Origin: Lama glama
Taxonomy: Eukaryota
Assembly: GCA_028534125.1 (NCBI GenBank)
Contig: CM052851.1
Location: 248,001-312,000, forward strand
Direction of reading: 5' to 3'
DNA length: 64,000 nucleotides
Part shown: one piece after another, positions 47,650 through 59,700 of the stretch
How the letters are laid out: every line of letters starts with the position of its first letter
How positions within the stretch are numbered: position 1 is the first letter of the stretch
The notes under the pieces: generated by a model
Seen by the model: the letters and a program-made list of their open reading frames with translations, nothing else
What the model was told of the DNA's origin: nothing
Database searches by the model: none
Position numbers and translations under genes: made by a program

Positions 47650-47866
47650 TTAGCCTCTGCAGACATAACTATGTAAGATGCAGTCACACCACCCAGTACG
47701 ACTGGTGAGCTTATAAACAGAGAATTTGGACATGGGGAGAAGGCCACATGAGCGTGGAGGCAGAGCCTGGGGTGATGAGTCTGCCAGGCAAGGAACCCCA
47801 AACGTGGCCAGCACCGCCCAAGGAGAGGGGAATGAAACAGGACTCCCTCAGCCGCAGAGGGAACCA
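47650..47866 (+). mobile_element. MLT1 (MaLR) LTR fragment, truncated by the gap
   Basis: gactggtgagcttataaacagagaatttggacatggggagaaggccacatgagcgtggaggcagag...ccctcagccgcagagggaacca. Confidence 0.7.
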
Positions 47867-48366
47867 NNNNNNNNNNNNNNNNNNNNNNNNNNNNNNNNNN
47901 NNNNNNNNNNNNNNNNNNNNNNNNNNNNNNNNNNNNNNNNNNNNNNNNNNNNNNNNNNNNNNNNNNNNNNNNNNNNNNNNNNNNNNNNNNNNNNNNNNNN
48001 NNNNNNNNNNNNNNNNNNNNNNNNNNNNNNNNNNNNNNNNNNNNNNNNNNNNNNNNNNNNNNNNNNNNNNNNNNNNNNNNNNNNNNNNNNNNNNNNNNNN
48101 NNNNNNNNNNNNNNNNNNNNNNNNNNNNNNNNNNNNNNNNNNNNNNNNNNNNNNNNNNNNNNNNNNNNNNNNNNNNNNNNNNNNNNNNNNNNNNNNNNNN
48201 NNNNNNNNNNNNNNNNNNNNNNNNNNNNNNNNNNNNNNNNNNNNNNNNNNNNNNNNNNNNNNNNNNNNNNNNNNNNNNNNNNNNNNNNNNNNNNNNNNNN
48301 NNNNNNNNNNNNNNNNNNNNNNNNNNNNNNNNNNNNNNNNNNNNNNNNNNNNNNNNNNNNNNNNNN
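47867..48366. other. Assembly gap (500 N)
   Basis: Run of exactly 500 N. Confidence 0.99.
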
Positions 48367-48421
48367 GACCCTGTATGGCCGTCCCCTGCCGGACAGAGAA
48401 GGGTCACTGAGGGGCCAGGGC

Positions 48422-48530
48422 GGTCGCGCAGCCCAGGGACAGATCAGCCGCTGTCACACGCACAGTGGGTCCGGAGCAGCGCAATGTGCAGTGGGCAGTG
48501 GCTGCCCTGCGCCTGGAGGGACCGCCGGCA
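48422..48530 (-). ncRNA. MIR210: microRNA miR-210 precursor; mature 3p 48444-48465, 5p 48482-48503
   Basis: Minus strand contains the exact miR-210-3p CUGUGCGUGUGACAGCGGCUGA and a complementary 5p arm AGCCACUGCCCACUGCACAUUG forming a hairpin. Confidence 0.97.
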
Positions 48531-48639
48531 GGGCGGAGGGGTCGTCCCCCACCCCCGACCCCTTCCTCCCCTCCAAACTGGCTGTCCGAGCCCGCTGCCC
48601 TTGCTCGGCCCGAGGTCCCGCCCGCCAGCCTGGGACCCC

Positions 48640-49310
48640 CTCGCGCGTCACCTGCGACCCTGGCGCGGGGCCGTCGCCGGCTCTCGGCCCAACTTCGGTG
48701 GTGGCCGCGGCCCCCTCGCGCCCCCCGTCAGCCCCGCGCCCCGCGCCCGGCCCGTATGCAAATACAGAACTCCCGCAGCCAATGGCAGGCCGAGCCGGGC
48801 CCGCCCTGCCGCGTCGCAGCCAGTGGGCGCGAGCCGGGGACGGGTCGCCACACCCACCGCCGCGCGGCCCCTCGCGGGCGCGGCCGGCGCGTTCTTTTCC
48901 GCACGTCGGCCTCGGGGCGGGGCCGCCACCTGCCGGGCGGGGCCTGCGGGCGCCGCGCTGCCGCCTGGCCCCGAAGCCGCTCCCCCGCCGGCAGAAGCGG
49001 GTGGTACGACCCTGGGCGCTACCTCGAGGGCCCCCGCGGTGGAACAGCCCAGTCGCCTCCTCGCCGCCGGATCCCGCCGGGCTCCCGGGCACGTAGCCCG
49101 GGCATCGCCCTCAAGATCACCTGCTGCCCGCACGCCCTGCACCCACTCCGGGGCGGTCCGGCTGGCGGGAGGGGGCTCACACAGGCCGACCCGGGGGACT
49201 CCTGGTCACTCCTGTGGGACCTGCCGCCATTAAAGGCTCTAGTGCGAGTCCGGAGCGTCGACCGCACCGGGCGCAGGACCCTGGGCGGCTCGTCCGCATC
49301 GTTTGCCTCA
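48640..49310 (-). promoter_or_regulatory. MIR210 host gene promoter / CpG island with HREs and octamer
   Basis: Minus-strand ACGTG HRE cores at 48902-48906 and 49090-49094, octamer ATGCAAAT 48756-48763, CCAAT 48779-48783, GC boxes, possible exon-1 donor at about 48650. Confidence 0.75.
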
Positions 49311-50331
49311 TCCTATTCTGACATTCAAAAGGGGTAAATCAAGGGAACAGACTGTTTCAGATCTGGAGTTACCAACTTCTGGTGGCGCCCCCTTCTCTTC
49401 ACACTCTCCTCCTGGCCTCCGGAGGCCGAATTATGGGTCACTGGGACCCCTAATTGGGCAGAGAGGTGCCTGATCCCCTTTGTTCCCGGCACAGAGGTTC
49501 TCATAAGACGCTTGTGTCCCTCGCCTCAAATAAGCAAGCGCTCCCCTCTTCCCCAACCTCCCACAAATCAACCAGAGTCTCTGGCATCTGCCTCAGAGCC
49601 TGGTCTTCCCTGGAGGACCCCATTCTCCTGGCTCCAGGCAGCTCCAAAGGACACTTCTGCCCCCACTGTCAGACTGGTCCTTGGCCCAGGGGCAGCACCT
49701 CCTCAGCCTCAGCCACCCTGGAGGTTCTCCTGTAGCCCTCCTGCCCTTCAACTCACCGCCCTACTCCTTGTCCCCCCTGCATCCCACTCAAGCCTGGGCT
49801 GGAGCCCACCAGCTGCCCTAAAACCAGCCTGATCCTCCTGCACCCTTTCCACCATCTCAGTCATTTCATTTCTTCCTTCAGAACTGGTGCCCAGATGGCT
49901 AAGTGCTGAGGCTCCAGGGATGCATCTGGCCCTGCCTGGGACCTCAGGAGCATGAAGCCTAAATGTAGAAATTCAAGTGCAGTGTGTTGTGGGGTTTGGC
50001 CCTATGGGTGGGGAGGGAGCACAAAGGAACAAGGAGCCGGAGCAGTTCTATTGGGGTCAGAAGTTGAGGGGTTTGCAAAGCCTGGACTGTGTGGGTCTTG
50101 AAGGAACACTTAGGAATCTGTGGGATCCCTGAGGAGGCCCACACCTTCAGGACAGGCCATGATTGGGGGTTCGCAGACAGGGCAGAGGTCTGGAGAGAAG
50201 AAGTCTAGGATTCAGGGACAAGGACAGGCCAGAAGTCAGGGTGACTCCAAGTTCCTATCTTGTCCTGCTGGTATGACCCCCAATAGTGCCCCCCAATCCT
50301 GCTGGTTCTGACTTCACCCCTTATCACCCTC

Positions 50332-50881
50332 TGCAGTGGGCTGAATGGTGCTCCCAGACAAATTTATGTTATATCCCAATGCCTAGACCCTGTGAATGTC
50401 GCTTTACATAGAAAAAGGGTCTTTTCAGCTGTAATTAAGTTACAGATCTTGATGCGATCATCCTGGATTATCTGAGTGGGTTCCGATCCAATGATGAGTG
50501 TGCTTATAAGAGACAGAGGCAAGAGACAGATACAGAGGGAGGAAGGTCATGTGGAAACCAAGGCAGAGATTGCAGTGAGGCTGCCACAAGCCAGGGAAGC
50601 CTGGAACCAAAAACCAAAAGCAGCAAGAAAGGATTCTCTCTCTAGATTTCAGAGTGAGCACAATGCGTGGGAATAGGGCTCAGAGGTACAGTGTGTGCTT
50701 GGTGTGCAAGAGGTCCTGGGTTCTAACCCCAGGGCCTCTGTTATTGGCAGAGGGAGGGAAGACACAGCTATCAGCCTAGATTTTGGACTTCTGGCCTTCA
50801 GGAATGTCAGAGAACAAATGTGTTGTTTTAAGCCACCCAGTCTGTGGTCATTTGTTATGGCAGCCCCAGGACACTGATACA
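50332..50881 (+). mobile_element. MLT1 (MLT1C-like) solo LTR
   Basis: tgcagtgggctgaatggtgctccc...aaaagggtctttt...ttttaagccacccagtctgtggtcatttgttatggcagccccaggacactgataca; near full length with TG...CA ends. Confidence 0.85.
50669..50745 (+). mobile_element. Degenerate tRNA-derived SINE head nested in the MLT1 LTR
   Basis: gggctcagaggtacagtgtgtgcttggtgtgcaagaggtcctgggttctaaccccag resembles the SINE at 26644. Confidence 0.6.
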
Positions 50882-52029
50882 CCAACTTTCCTAAGTTACG
50901 GAATGCAGACCTGTGCATTTGCACAGGCCTGATGACAGGGGAAGAGGCTGGCCAAGGGAGCTCCTTGTGCAGCTCCCCCTTCCATACACACATGGGAAGG
51001 GGCATGCACACAGTGTCTGGGCCAGCACACACCTGGAACCCAAAGAGGGCTTCAGGGTACAGGTCTGTGAGGGGCATGTAGGCAGAGCGCACATGCGTGT
51101 CCTTGCCTGGCACTAGCACGAGAAGCGGCAGTGAGTGGCCAGCCATTGTGCCCGGGGGCGACAACACTGAAGGTGGAGTACACAAGGAAGGTGCATGCAT
51201 GCACGTGGGAGGTGAGTTGTTTGTTGGGTGGGTGGGTAGAGGGTGTCAGGTGGGAGGTACAGATATGTGCCTATGCTCCCAAGAGGTAGCAGCTTTGCTG
51301 AGTTTGGGACCAGACCAGTGGTTCGGGCAGTTCCCTGGGGACATATCTCGGTCTGCGCAAAGGATGGCATGGCTGGGTAGGTTGTGCACTGCGGACATGT
51401 TTGCAGCTCATCACAGATACACGTTTCTCATGACAATTTTCCAGCAGCCCTGAGGAGCAGCTGCAGATGAAGGTGGGAGGGGCTGGTTCCTCTCCAAGGG
51501 TGCTCCAAGTTGGCCATAAGCTGCTTGTCCCAGACCTTCTCAGGAGCTTCAGTGGAGTGATGCCAACCCACCCCCATTTGGGGCTCTCCACTGGACAGGG
51601 TCCTTACATCTTGTGGTCTCTGGCAGGAAGGCATGTGTGTGTAGAAGGGCCAGCACAGGCCAGCCACTCCCCCCACCCCCAACAGAGATTTTCTCCAGGC
51701 TCCCTCACTTCTCTGGCACCATCCACACCCATGCTTCCTTTCTGCAAAGTCCTTTCTAGAACTTGTAAGCATGGGGATTATTTCTCCTGTTGCAAACAGA
51801 AAAAACAAAACCACCCTCTCTTGGTGGGATACTTCTTAGTGGCCTCCACTTTTGTTTCCCACTCGGTGCTGCTGTCTGATTATTCTCCTCCCATTCTCTT
51901 TAAACTCCCTCCAGCTCCCCCACCCCCAGCGCTGCTCTGCGCCTGACCCCCATCTCCCTCCACTCAGAGGTTCTCCTGGATGCGCCTTCTCCTTCTGGCT
52001 TCCAGAAACCCTCTCCTGGTTTCCCCCTT

Positions 52030-52510
52030 TTACCTGGCATCTCATATCTAACCCCTCAGCAAACTCGCTTCAGTTCTGTCTTCAGAATCTACCAGGAGCA
52101 GATAGCTTCCCACACAAGCGCTGCCCCAACCTGAGCCCGCACCACGGTGGCCCCTGACTCACCTAAGTGGCTTCCTGACTGGTCTCCCAGGTCTGCCCCA
52201 GCAGCTCCAGTCTGTTCACACGCTGCCGCCCCCGGGGACTCTATAAGCCAGCACCTGTCATCCCTGCTCATTATCCTCCAGTGCCCCCGGAGCCTCTGGC
52301 CGCTCCCCGCCCGGGCCCACCCTCGTGGGCCTCCCTTGTGGGTTCCCGGTTGCTTCTCCGAGATCTCCCCACGGCTGCCCCTCTCTGCTCTCACGTCTTG
52401 GCAATGTCCATCCTCACCAGCCACCACTGGCCAGTCCTCTCTGCTCCCGCCGCGGATCCTGCTCTATCTTTTTATCAGAGCACGAATCAGCTTCTCACAC
52501 ACCACGCGGC
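52030..52510 (+). mobile_element. L2 fragment
   Basis: catatctaacccctcagcaaactcgcttcagttctgtcttcagaatcta...cttcctgactggtctccc...gtctgttcacacgctgccgcc is L2 3' region-like. Confidence 0.5.
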
Positions 52511-53112
52511 GTAGTGATTCGCAGCGTTCATTGTTTACTGTGTCTGGACCGGACTGGACACGGGTCTGGGGGCTCGTCCTCGCTGCGGGGAGAGCCCGCG
52601 CAGAGGACTCCATCAGTTTGGCCAGAGTGTACGGACGGCGCGAAGTCGCTGGCCCCGAGAGCGCCACCACAGCGGCCAGGCCGGACTGTAGCCGGCTCGC
52701 GCTCTGGGTCTGGCGGCTGGAGGGGTGGGCGGCGGAGATGGGGGCGGGTCACCGAGTGGGGGCGGGGCCCAGGCTGTAGGCGGGACCCTAGGTGTGCAAG
52801 ACGGCCGCTCCCATTCGCTCCGGGCGGCGGGCGAGGGTCGGACTATGCCATCTTCCTGACGGAGGAGGACAGCGCGGCACAGCCCACTAGCGGGGGCTTA
52901 GATACCTAAAGTTCTCCCAGGAAACTGGTCCCCTTGGAAAATGCTAGTGCGCTAAACAGTATTCCCAAGCCTCGAGATCCCCGACTGCAGGGAGTGGCTC
53001 CTTCCTCCACCTCAGGCCCTTTTTCCCCACCCGGGTCCCGGTGGTTTCTGCCAACGGGCGGGGCGGGAGGGCCCCGGAAGCCGGCTCCATGCACTTCCGG
53101 GTCGAGGAGCGC

Positions 53113-53150
<38 letters not shown>

Positions 53151-53560
53151 CGGGCCTAGTCGTGGCTCTCGCTCGGGCGGCGGCGGCGGCGAGCGTCCAG
53201 GAGCGGCCAGCGGGGCTCGAGGTTCCGGGTACGTACGGGGGCTGCGGCCTCCCGGGGTCCCTGCCGCGCGCCGTCCGGAGCGCCGGCCCGGGCGCCGCGC
53301 GCTTTGTCTGCGGCCTGCTCGGCGGTGCGAGGGCTGCGCCGCGCTGGCCCCGGGCGGGCGGCAGCAGCAAGGTGCCCGGGCGGGCGCGGGGGACCTCGCG
53401 CAGAGGCTGGGAGTCCCCGAGCCTGCGGGCGGGTTTCGGGGGTGGCCGCCTTCCTGTTCCTGGTCGCGGGCATCTCGCCGCCTGGTCCTGTGACACCCGC
53501 CTCTGCGCTGTCGCTTTCCCCGCGCTGAGCGTGACCCTTTGCCAACTCGTTTCCGGCTCC
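52500..53560. promoter_or_regulatory. PHRF1: PHRF1 CpG-island promoter and non-coding exon 1 (ends 53228)
   Basis: CpG-rich; ETS sites CCGGAAG 53074-53080 and CACTTCCGG 53092-53100; YY1-like GCCATCTT 52847-52854; donor GG|gtacgt at 53229. Confidence 0.75.
53114..53149 (+). repeat. (CGG)12 trinucleotide repeat in PHRF1 exon 1, plus (GGC)5 at 53176-53190
   Basis: Uninterrupted cggcggcgg run counted directly. Confidence 0.95.
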
Positions 53561-53634
53561 TGGTCGTCATGCTTTTATCGGCTTCGTCTGTGTTTTGACA
53601 GGCCCGTGTGGTTTACAGGGTGGTTTCCCGTTCC

Positions 53635-53800
53635 TTAACTCACGTAGTCTTCACAGCAATCTCTCGGGAGTAGGTATTGGCCTTCCTGTTTTATAGCTGA
53701 ATAGACTGGAGCCCAGAGAGGTTAAGTAACTTGCCAACGTCACACAGCTACTGAGCGCAGAGCCAGGGCACTGTGTTAACCCAAGCCTTGATTCCTGGTC
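53635..53800 (-). mobile_element. MIR SINE
   Basis: MIR core gttttatagctgaatagactggagcccagagaggttaagtaacttgccaacgtcacacagcta. Confidence 0.8.
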
Positions 53801-56769
53801 CTTTTTTTTTTTTTAAACGAGACTTGTAGCACTGTCAACGTTGGAGTTTATATATTCTTGTTTCTTCAGCATCAGAGTAGTAGTCGGCCTGGTGAGCCAC
53901 ATTTTGGCCAGTGGTTGGCTGGACAGAACCTGAAGCCTTAGTGAGGTTTGACTTGGGACTTGGCACACCTTCCCTCTGCCTGGACCACTTGGCATTTTTT
54001 CTTACGGGAAGAATGTTGAGTCAGAATGACAGCAGCTGGTTCTTTCTTTGCACCTGGCTGGTGGCAAGGCCCTGGCTGGGCCAGCCTGGCTTTCGTTTTC
54101 TCAGCAGCCCCCCAGCATGGACTCCTGGTGTTATCCCAGCCCTGCAAAGACCTTTATGGCCCTTATTGACTTCCGCTGCAGATTACAGTTTTGAGGTCTT
54201 GTAGACTCTGTGGAGACGATGAATGAAAAATGACAGTTGGCCTGGTGTGAGGTGTGGGACCAGGCAGGCTTATTCAGGGCCTGGCAGTGGGCACTCAGGT
54301 TGTGGTCCTGGCACAGTTGCCAGTCACCACACCAGGAACCTTTTGGTTCCTTCGCAATGGCTGGAATTGCAGGTGTTTTGGGTCTTGGAATTTGGAAAGA
54401 GAAATACTCTTTCTGGCATAAAATTTCCCTCTAATTCCCCCAAATCTGGAGGTGGAGCGGGAAAACCACAGAGCACTGCCAGCGCTGACAAAGGTGGCCA
54501 GCAACCGAGAAGGGCAATGGGCTTTACTGACCATTGGTTTGGAACATCCGAGCAGAAGTGGCAGGCATGTCTGAACTGGAGCTGCTGGTGGGGCCAAGAG
54601 GTCCTAAGTGGGGGTCCCCATTAACACTTGCTCTGACGAGAAAGGGGGTGCTGGGGGTTGCTCACTGTGGTTTCCTCCTCAGTATTTGTACAAGTGCTTG
54701 CTCTGGAAGGTACCTTTGGAGGTCCCCGGGCTCTGTTCCCTGGATGCCAACAGAAGTTACTCTTGTGTGACTACACGGGAAGGGATGCTTCTCCCCTCAC
54801 ATGACTGAAGCTCGCCTGCTGCCTGGGGGAGGGTGTGAGGAGGCCTTTGGAGATTTTCTCGCCAGCTATGATGGGAGTGTGTACACGTCTCTCGGGACTA
54901 GACCCCCCAGCTGTGGGGACACGGGGAGTTGAGCCTCATTCCTCAGCTGGTATTTCTGGCAAGCCCAGTGTGCCAGAGCCAGCGGGCCTCACTGCCCCTC
55001 ACAGGCAGACCTAGGTCTCAGTCACCCAGGAAGAAGCTGGGGCTGTTTGTACTTTTGACCTTGTGTGTGTGAACTGTCCCTAGCAGGTTACTTGTTGTGA
55101 CGTTTTCCCTGTTAGCTTCATGGGTGTGAGCACTTATCTCCCTCAGTAGGCTATGTTTCTCCAGGGCAGGAACCACACTGCATACACAGTAGGGGCAGAG
55201 CGGGTGTTAGAGCAGGTGTCCCAGAATGACGCTGTTAAGTCCAGTCACAGCTGCAGCCAGAGGGTGACAGGTCCTCTTACATGCAGTGGCGCTGTAGCCA
55301 TTGTGCTCACGGAAAAGGCGTCATCCTCCTAGACAGATGGCGGCACCATCATGTCCGTTAGTCTGTGTTTCTCTAGCAGGAGTTGTGGCCAGGACGCAGG
55401 TGTGGGGCAGATAGAGCCCCTGCTGTGTCGCTGATCCGTCAGGTGTTGGGGGTGCAGACCCTTAGCGGGTCTGTGGGCGGACTGTGGCGGATTTTCTTAA
55501 CCTTAGGGTACTAGGAAGAAGAAAAGTGGGAGCTTTAGGAGGTCAGTAATTCTACAAAACCTCCTCTTAGTTTACTTTTTCCAGATAGAAGTTGCCCTCA
55601 CCATTTAGAAAACATCTTCCTAGAATCCAGGCTTTGTATGGGAAGCGAGGCCCTCTGGGGTCTGAATCTGGCCTCGGCACCACCAGGAGACTGTCATCTG
55701 GGGGCACCTGTACAATCTCTGCTGATTGCCAGGTGCACGGGAAGCATGTGTGGCCCACGGGAGAGGAGCCTGCCTGTGGAACGAGCCTTTCCTGGTTTCT
55801 GGGCACACCACTGTCAGCTCAGCCCCCTACCCCTGGTTCTTGCTTTGCCCCTCTGCCTTCTGGTCTCTCCTGTGACCCCTTTCCTTTGACCACGGAGACC
55901 AGACTTGGTCGGAAGCACACTCTGACAAGAAGAGGCGTTTCTCCCCTGTGCTGTTGTTGAGAAGGGTCTCCTCTCAGGGTCACCTGGAAAGTGAGGTGAG
56001 CAGCACTGATGGGAAAGGAACCCTGATTTGGAGACCAAAGTCGGAGGCCCTGGTGTGGGAGGGTGTTTGTGTCTCACTATAGTCTACACCTGTGAGGGCA
56101 TTTGTCCAGGTTCTCTGCGTTGTCCTTGCAGTGGTCTTGCGGCACAGACAGGACAAGTGTCCCCACTTGGAGATCAGGAGCCTAGGAGCAGGTGCACACG
56201 GCAGCTGGGAGCCAGACCTCTGCTCACCGTGGGCCTGTGCGGCTCCTGGGCAGTCAGGTGACTCTTCCATGCCCCGTGGACACTCTGGGGTGAGGTCGGG
56301 GGGCCTCCCAGCGGTAGTCAGGTGCACGAAGCCTGTCTGACTGGCCTTGGCTGAGGGGGGTGTGCTAGGGGATGTGGGGAGAGGGCTCTGCTGCTCACCT
56401 GGGACCTTCTGATGACCCCGTCCGTTGAGGTCCTGCTTTGCCTCAGCTCGTGATAGGCCGTTTCACTGGCGCCTGGCAAGGGGGTACCCAGGGAGAGTTG
56501 AGGTGTGGCAGGTGCCTGATTGAGCAAGAATGTCGCCAGTCTGAGGCTAAATTAGCTTCGTTGTAAGTTGAGATCTGGCTCTGAATGTGGCTCTGTCGAT
56601 AGGAGCCGTCTGCATGTGTCCGTGTCCAGTTCTGTGTGCACTATGCCTCCCTGTCCTGGGGTGGATGCATGTCACCAGGCATGCCGTGTGTACAGAGTGA
56701 CTGTCGCCTGGGACGGTGCAGAATGATTTGACTCTGGTTTCTTTCAGAGCTGAACTCCAATGTCCAGCA

Positions 56770-59700
56770 ATGGATGACGACAGCCTGGACGAACTTGTTG
56801 GCCGAGGCCGAGGGCTAGATGGACACCGGAGACTCAGTCCTGCTGGCCCGGCCAGTGATGCGGGTGAGTCCCTCGGCCTCTTGCGCCCAGAGCTGGGGAG
56901 AGCAGGGCCGCCTTCGTCGGCTCCAGGCCGGCTCTCAGAGAAGCCCGGTTCCTTTTGGGGGTTGTCTCCACATGTTGGCTTCATCCTTCAGCCTGTAAAA
57001 GGTTGCTCATCCTTTTCTTTTAAAGTGCGGAAGTGGTGCTTTTCTTTGTCTTTCCGTTGAGTGCAATTGATACAAATGTAAATTGAGCCAAAGGCTGCTG
57101 CTTTTCCCTGTGACCACGTGTGTTTGCTGGGAACCCTGTTGGTAGGTGCCCTCTGAACTGCCCCGGCCGTGTTTGTCTCTGCAGATCTAGAAGGAAGCAG
57201 TGAGGACCGCAGTGGAGGCTCCGAGGACGAGGCCGACACAGGCAGTGAGCACAGTGACGAAGACGAGGAGGGGGCCCTGGAGGACGGGTCTGGTGAGCGC
57301 GCTGCCCTGGGTCTCCTCACCGTGGCGGGGTTGCTGCTCAGCTGGCGTCCTTGGGAAGTGGTTGTCTGAAAGCACACTGGCCAGCTGAGGCTGTGAAGGG
57401 CTGGGTCTTGCCTGCCGGTCCCTGCAGCAGGCCTCCTCTTCAGCTGGAAGGTGGCTCGCTGGGTGGTAGTCCTCACTCGCGTTCAGCTGATGACACAGTG
57501 GGAGGCCTCCTTTCTGGTGGTGGCCGGAGGGTAAATGCCTAAGAGCGTGGAGCAGCAAGAAGGGGCGTCCAGGGAGAGCACAGCCAGACTGGCCTGGCAG
57601 GACAGGTCCGGGTTAGCATGGGCTGAGGTTTGCGAGGCCCGAGGACCACCTGCCTGGGACTCGAGCTTGTGTTGCCGTGTGCTGAGTTTCTGACTTCAGG
57701 CGTTATCTGTTCAGGCCTGATGGTGAAAGGTGAGAGCTTAGGGCCTGACCTGCAGCCCCACCCCAGCTCCCCAGGCGGCACGAGCTAGGACCTGCGGCCT
57801 GCTTGGCGTGCAGCCCTCCGTGCTCAGCCTTGTCCTCTGGGTGCCGGGCCCCAGCTCGCGCCCGTCTCTTTCCAGCCTGGGCACCCTGGTCTGGTCGGGA
57901 CCTGTCTCCAGCAGCCTCGAGACAAGTGAGGGGTGGGTGGCTCTGGGTCTTGTGCACCTGCCTGTGTCTTTATCCGCCTCACCTTTGTGGTCACTGCTCC
58001 TTGGAGACGTCAGAGACGTCCTCTGTGGGCCAGGACCCTGCAGATGGCCAGCTTCCTGCCTTCCCTTCAGTTCCTGAGCCTTCCGGAACTCCAGAGGAAG
58101 AACCAGGCCACCTGGCCGCAACCTGCTGTTGGAACCAACAGGAAGGAACCAACCTTCCTGTGGCCCTTAGCCAGGCAGGAAGTTGAACAGGGTCAGCTCT
58201 CGTCACTTTGCCATGCTCCACAACTCTGTGACATGAGTTTTGTTCGCGTCCTTGCTGGGAAGTGGGCTGTCACAGACACAGTGGCCGAGGGCAGCACGCA
58301 TGTTCTCAGTTTTGTGGGTCAGCCCGGTAGGTACCTGGTCGTCCGCTGGGGTCTCGCCTCATGGACATCGAGGGTCATGGGGCCACAGTCCCATCAGAGG
58401 CCCAGACTTCTCCCCCAGGGTCTCTGCTTGTTGGCTGAGTTCAGATCCTCATGAGTGTGGGGCTGAATCCTGTTTTCAGGCTGGCTGTTGGGTGGAAGGC
58501 CCTCCTCACTCAGAGCCTGGAGGCCGCCCCCTCTGGGGACAGTTCACATCAGCTGTTTTCTCTCTTGTACGCCAGCAGGGGCTCATCTGTCTGGCTTCTT
58601 TCTCTGCAGCCAGCCAGAGAAAAAAACTGCCTTTAAAGAGCTCAGCTGATAATGTTGAGCTGACTGGGATAATTTTCCTCTGCTGTGTAGCTTCAGGGTC
58701 ATAAGGTCCTTGCCCACTCTCAAACGGATCAGGTGGGACTGAGTCTTGGGGGCATGTGAGAGCCCTGCCTGCCACACTGGAGTCTGCTCTCTGCATCCGT
58801 GTGAGCGCATATCTTTACTTTAGTAGGGTTGTGGTGGGGAGAAAACTAATGGAGAAAAAAATGTCTCCTTACTTTCCTGCTGGTCAAGCCCCAGCCTCAA
58901 AGCCTTTCAGAAATTGGTGAGACCTGTTGTGGCCAGATTGCCTAGTCAGCGGTCTTTGCTGTCTGCATCCCAGCAGGAAGGGAAACGAGAAACCTAAGCT
59001 GGGGGGTTCAGCTCTCTGACACTGTGCCCGCAGAAGGGTGCTGTGAGTGCGTGCTGGGAGAGGCTTCCGCAGCTCAGCCTCCTATCTGGGGGCGGCTGGC
59101 GTCGCCCCCCCAGGCTCTGCTTCTGCTTGGGGAGGGGAGGGGTCGCTGGTGTGGCTGCTCAGCCTGGGTTGCGTCCTCTTAGCTGGAAGCAGTTCAGGTG
59201 AGATGCCCGCTGAGGTCTGTCCCTCAGGGTGGACTTGGAACCCCACATTCCTGGGTGCGGCTGCAGCTTCCAGCGCTCCATCCACCAGTCGTAATCTCCT
59301 CTCTCAAGGCTCGGAAGACTCCGAAGAAGACGGTGATGACGTGGACACGTTCATGACCGTCACGGACACTCAGGGGAAGCTGGAAGCCGACTGTGCGTTT
59401 AATTCTGATGATGATTCCGAGAGCTGCCCGATTTGCCTCAACACTTTCAGGGACCAGGCTGTGGGGACACCTGAGAACTGCACCCATTACTTCTGCCTCG
59501 ACTGCATCGTGGAGTGGTCCAAGGTGAGCAGGTGGCTTCTCTCCAGGGTCTCCCTCCCTCTGGGATGGCCTCTGTGGCCCAGCCTGTGGGCACCTCTTGC
59601 TGGACTGCCCAGCAGCAGAAGTTGGAGCCAGGGGGTGGGGTCCCGGCTCGGTCTTTGCTCCGTTTCACGCTCTGGCTCTCAGGCTTGTTGGTGAAGCTGG

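Noticed and set aside
39570-47866. LRRC56 as a 5'-truncated pseudogene
   Set aside because: All eight visible exons are intact and in phase; the missing exons are better explained by the contig break.
55278-55346. CTCF-like motifs (also about 12818-12832)
   Set aside because: Partial matches by eye only; not supportable without PWM scores or ChIP data.
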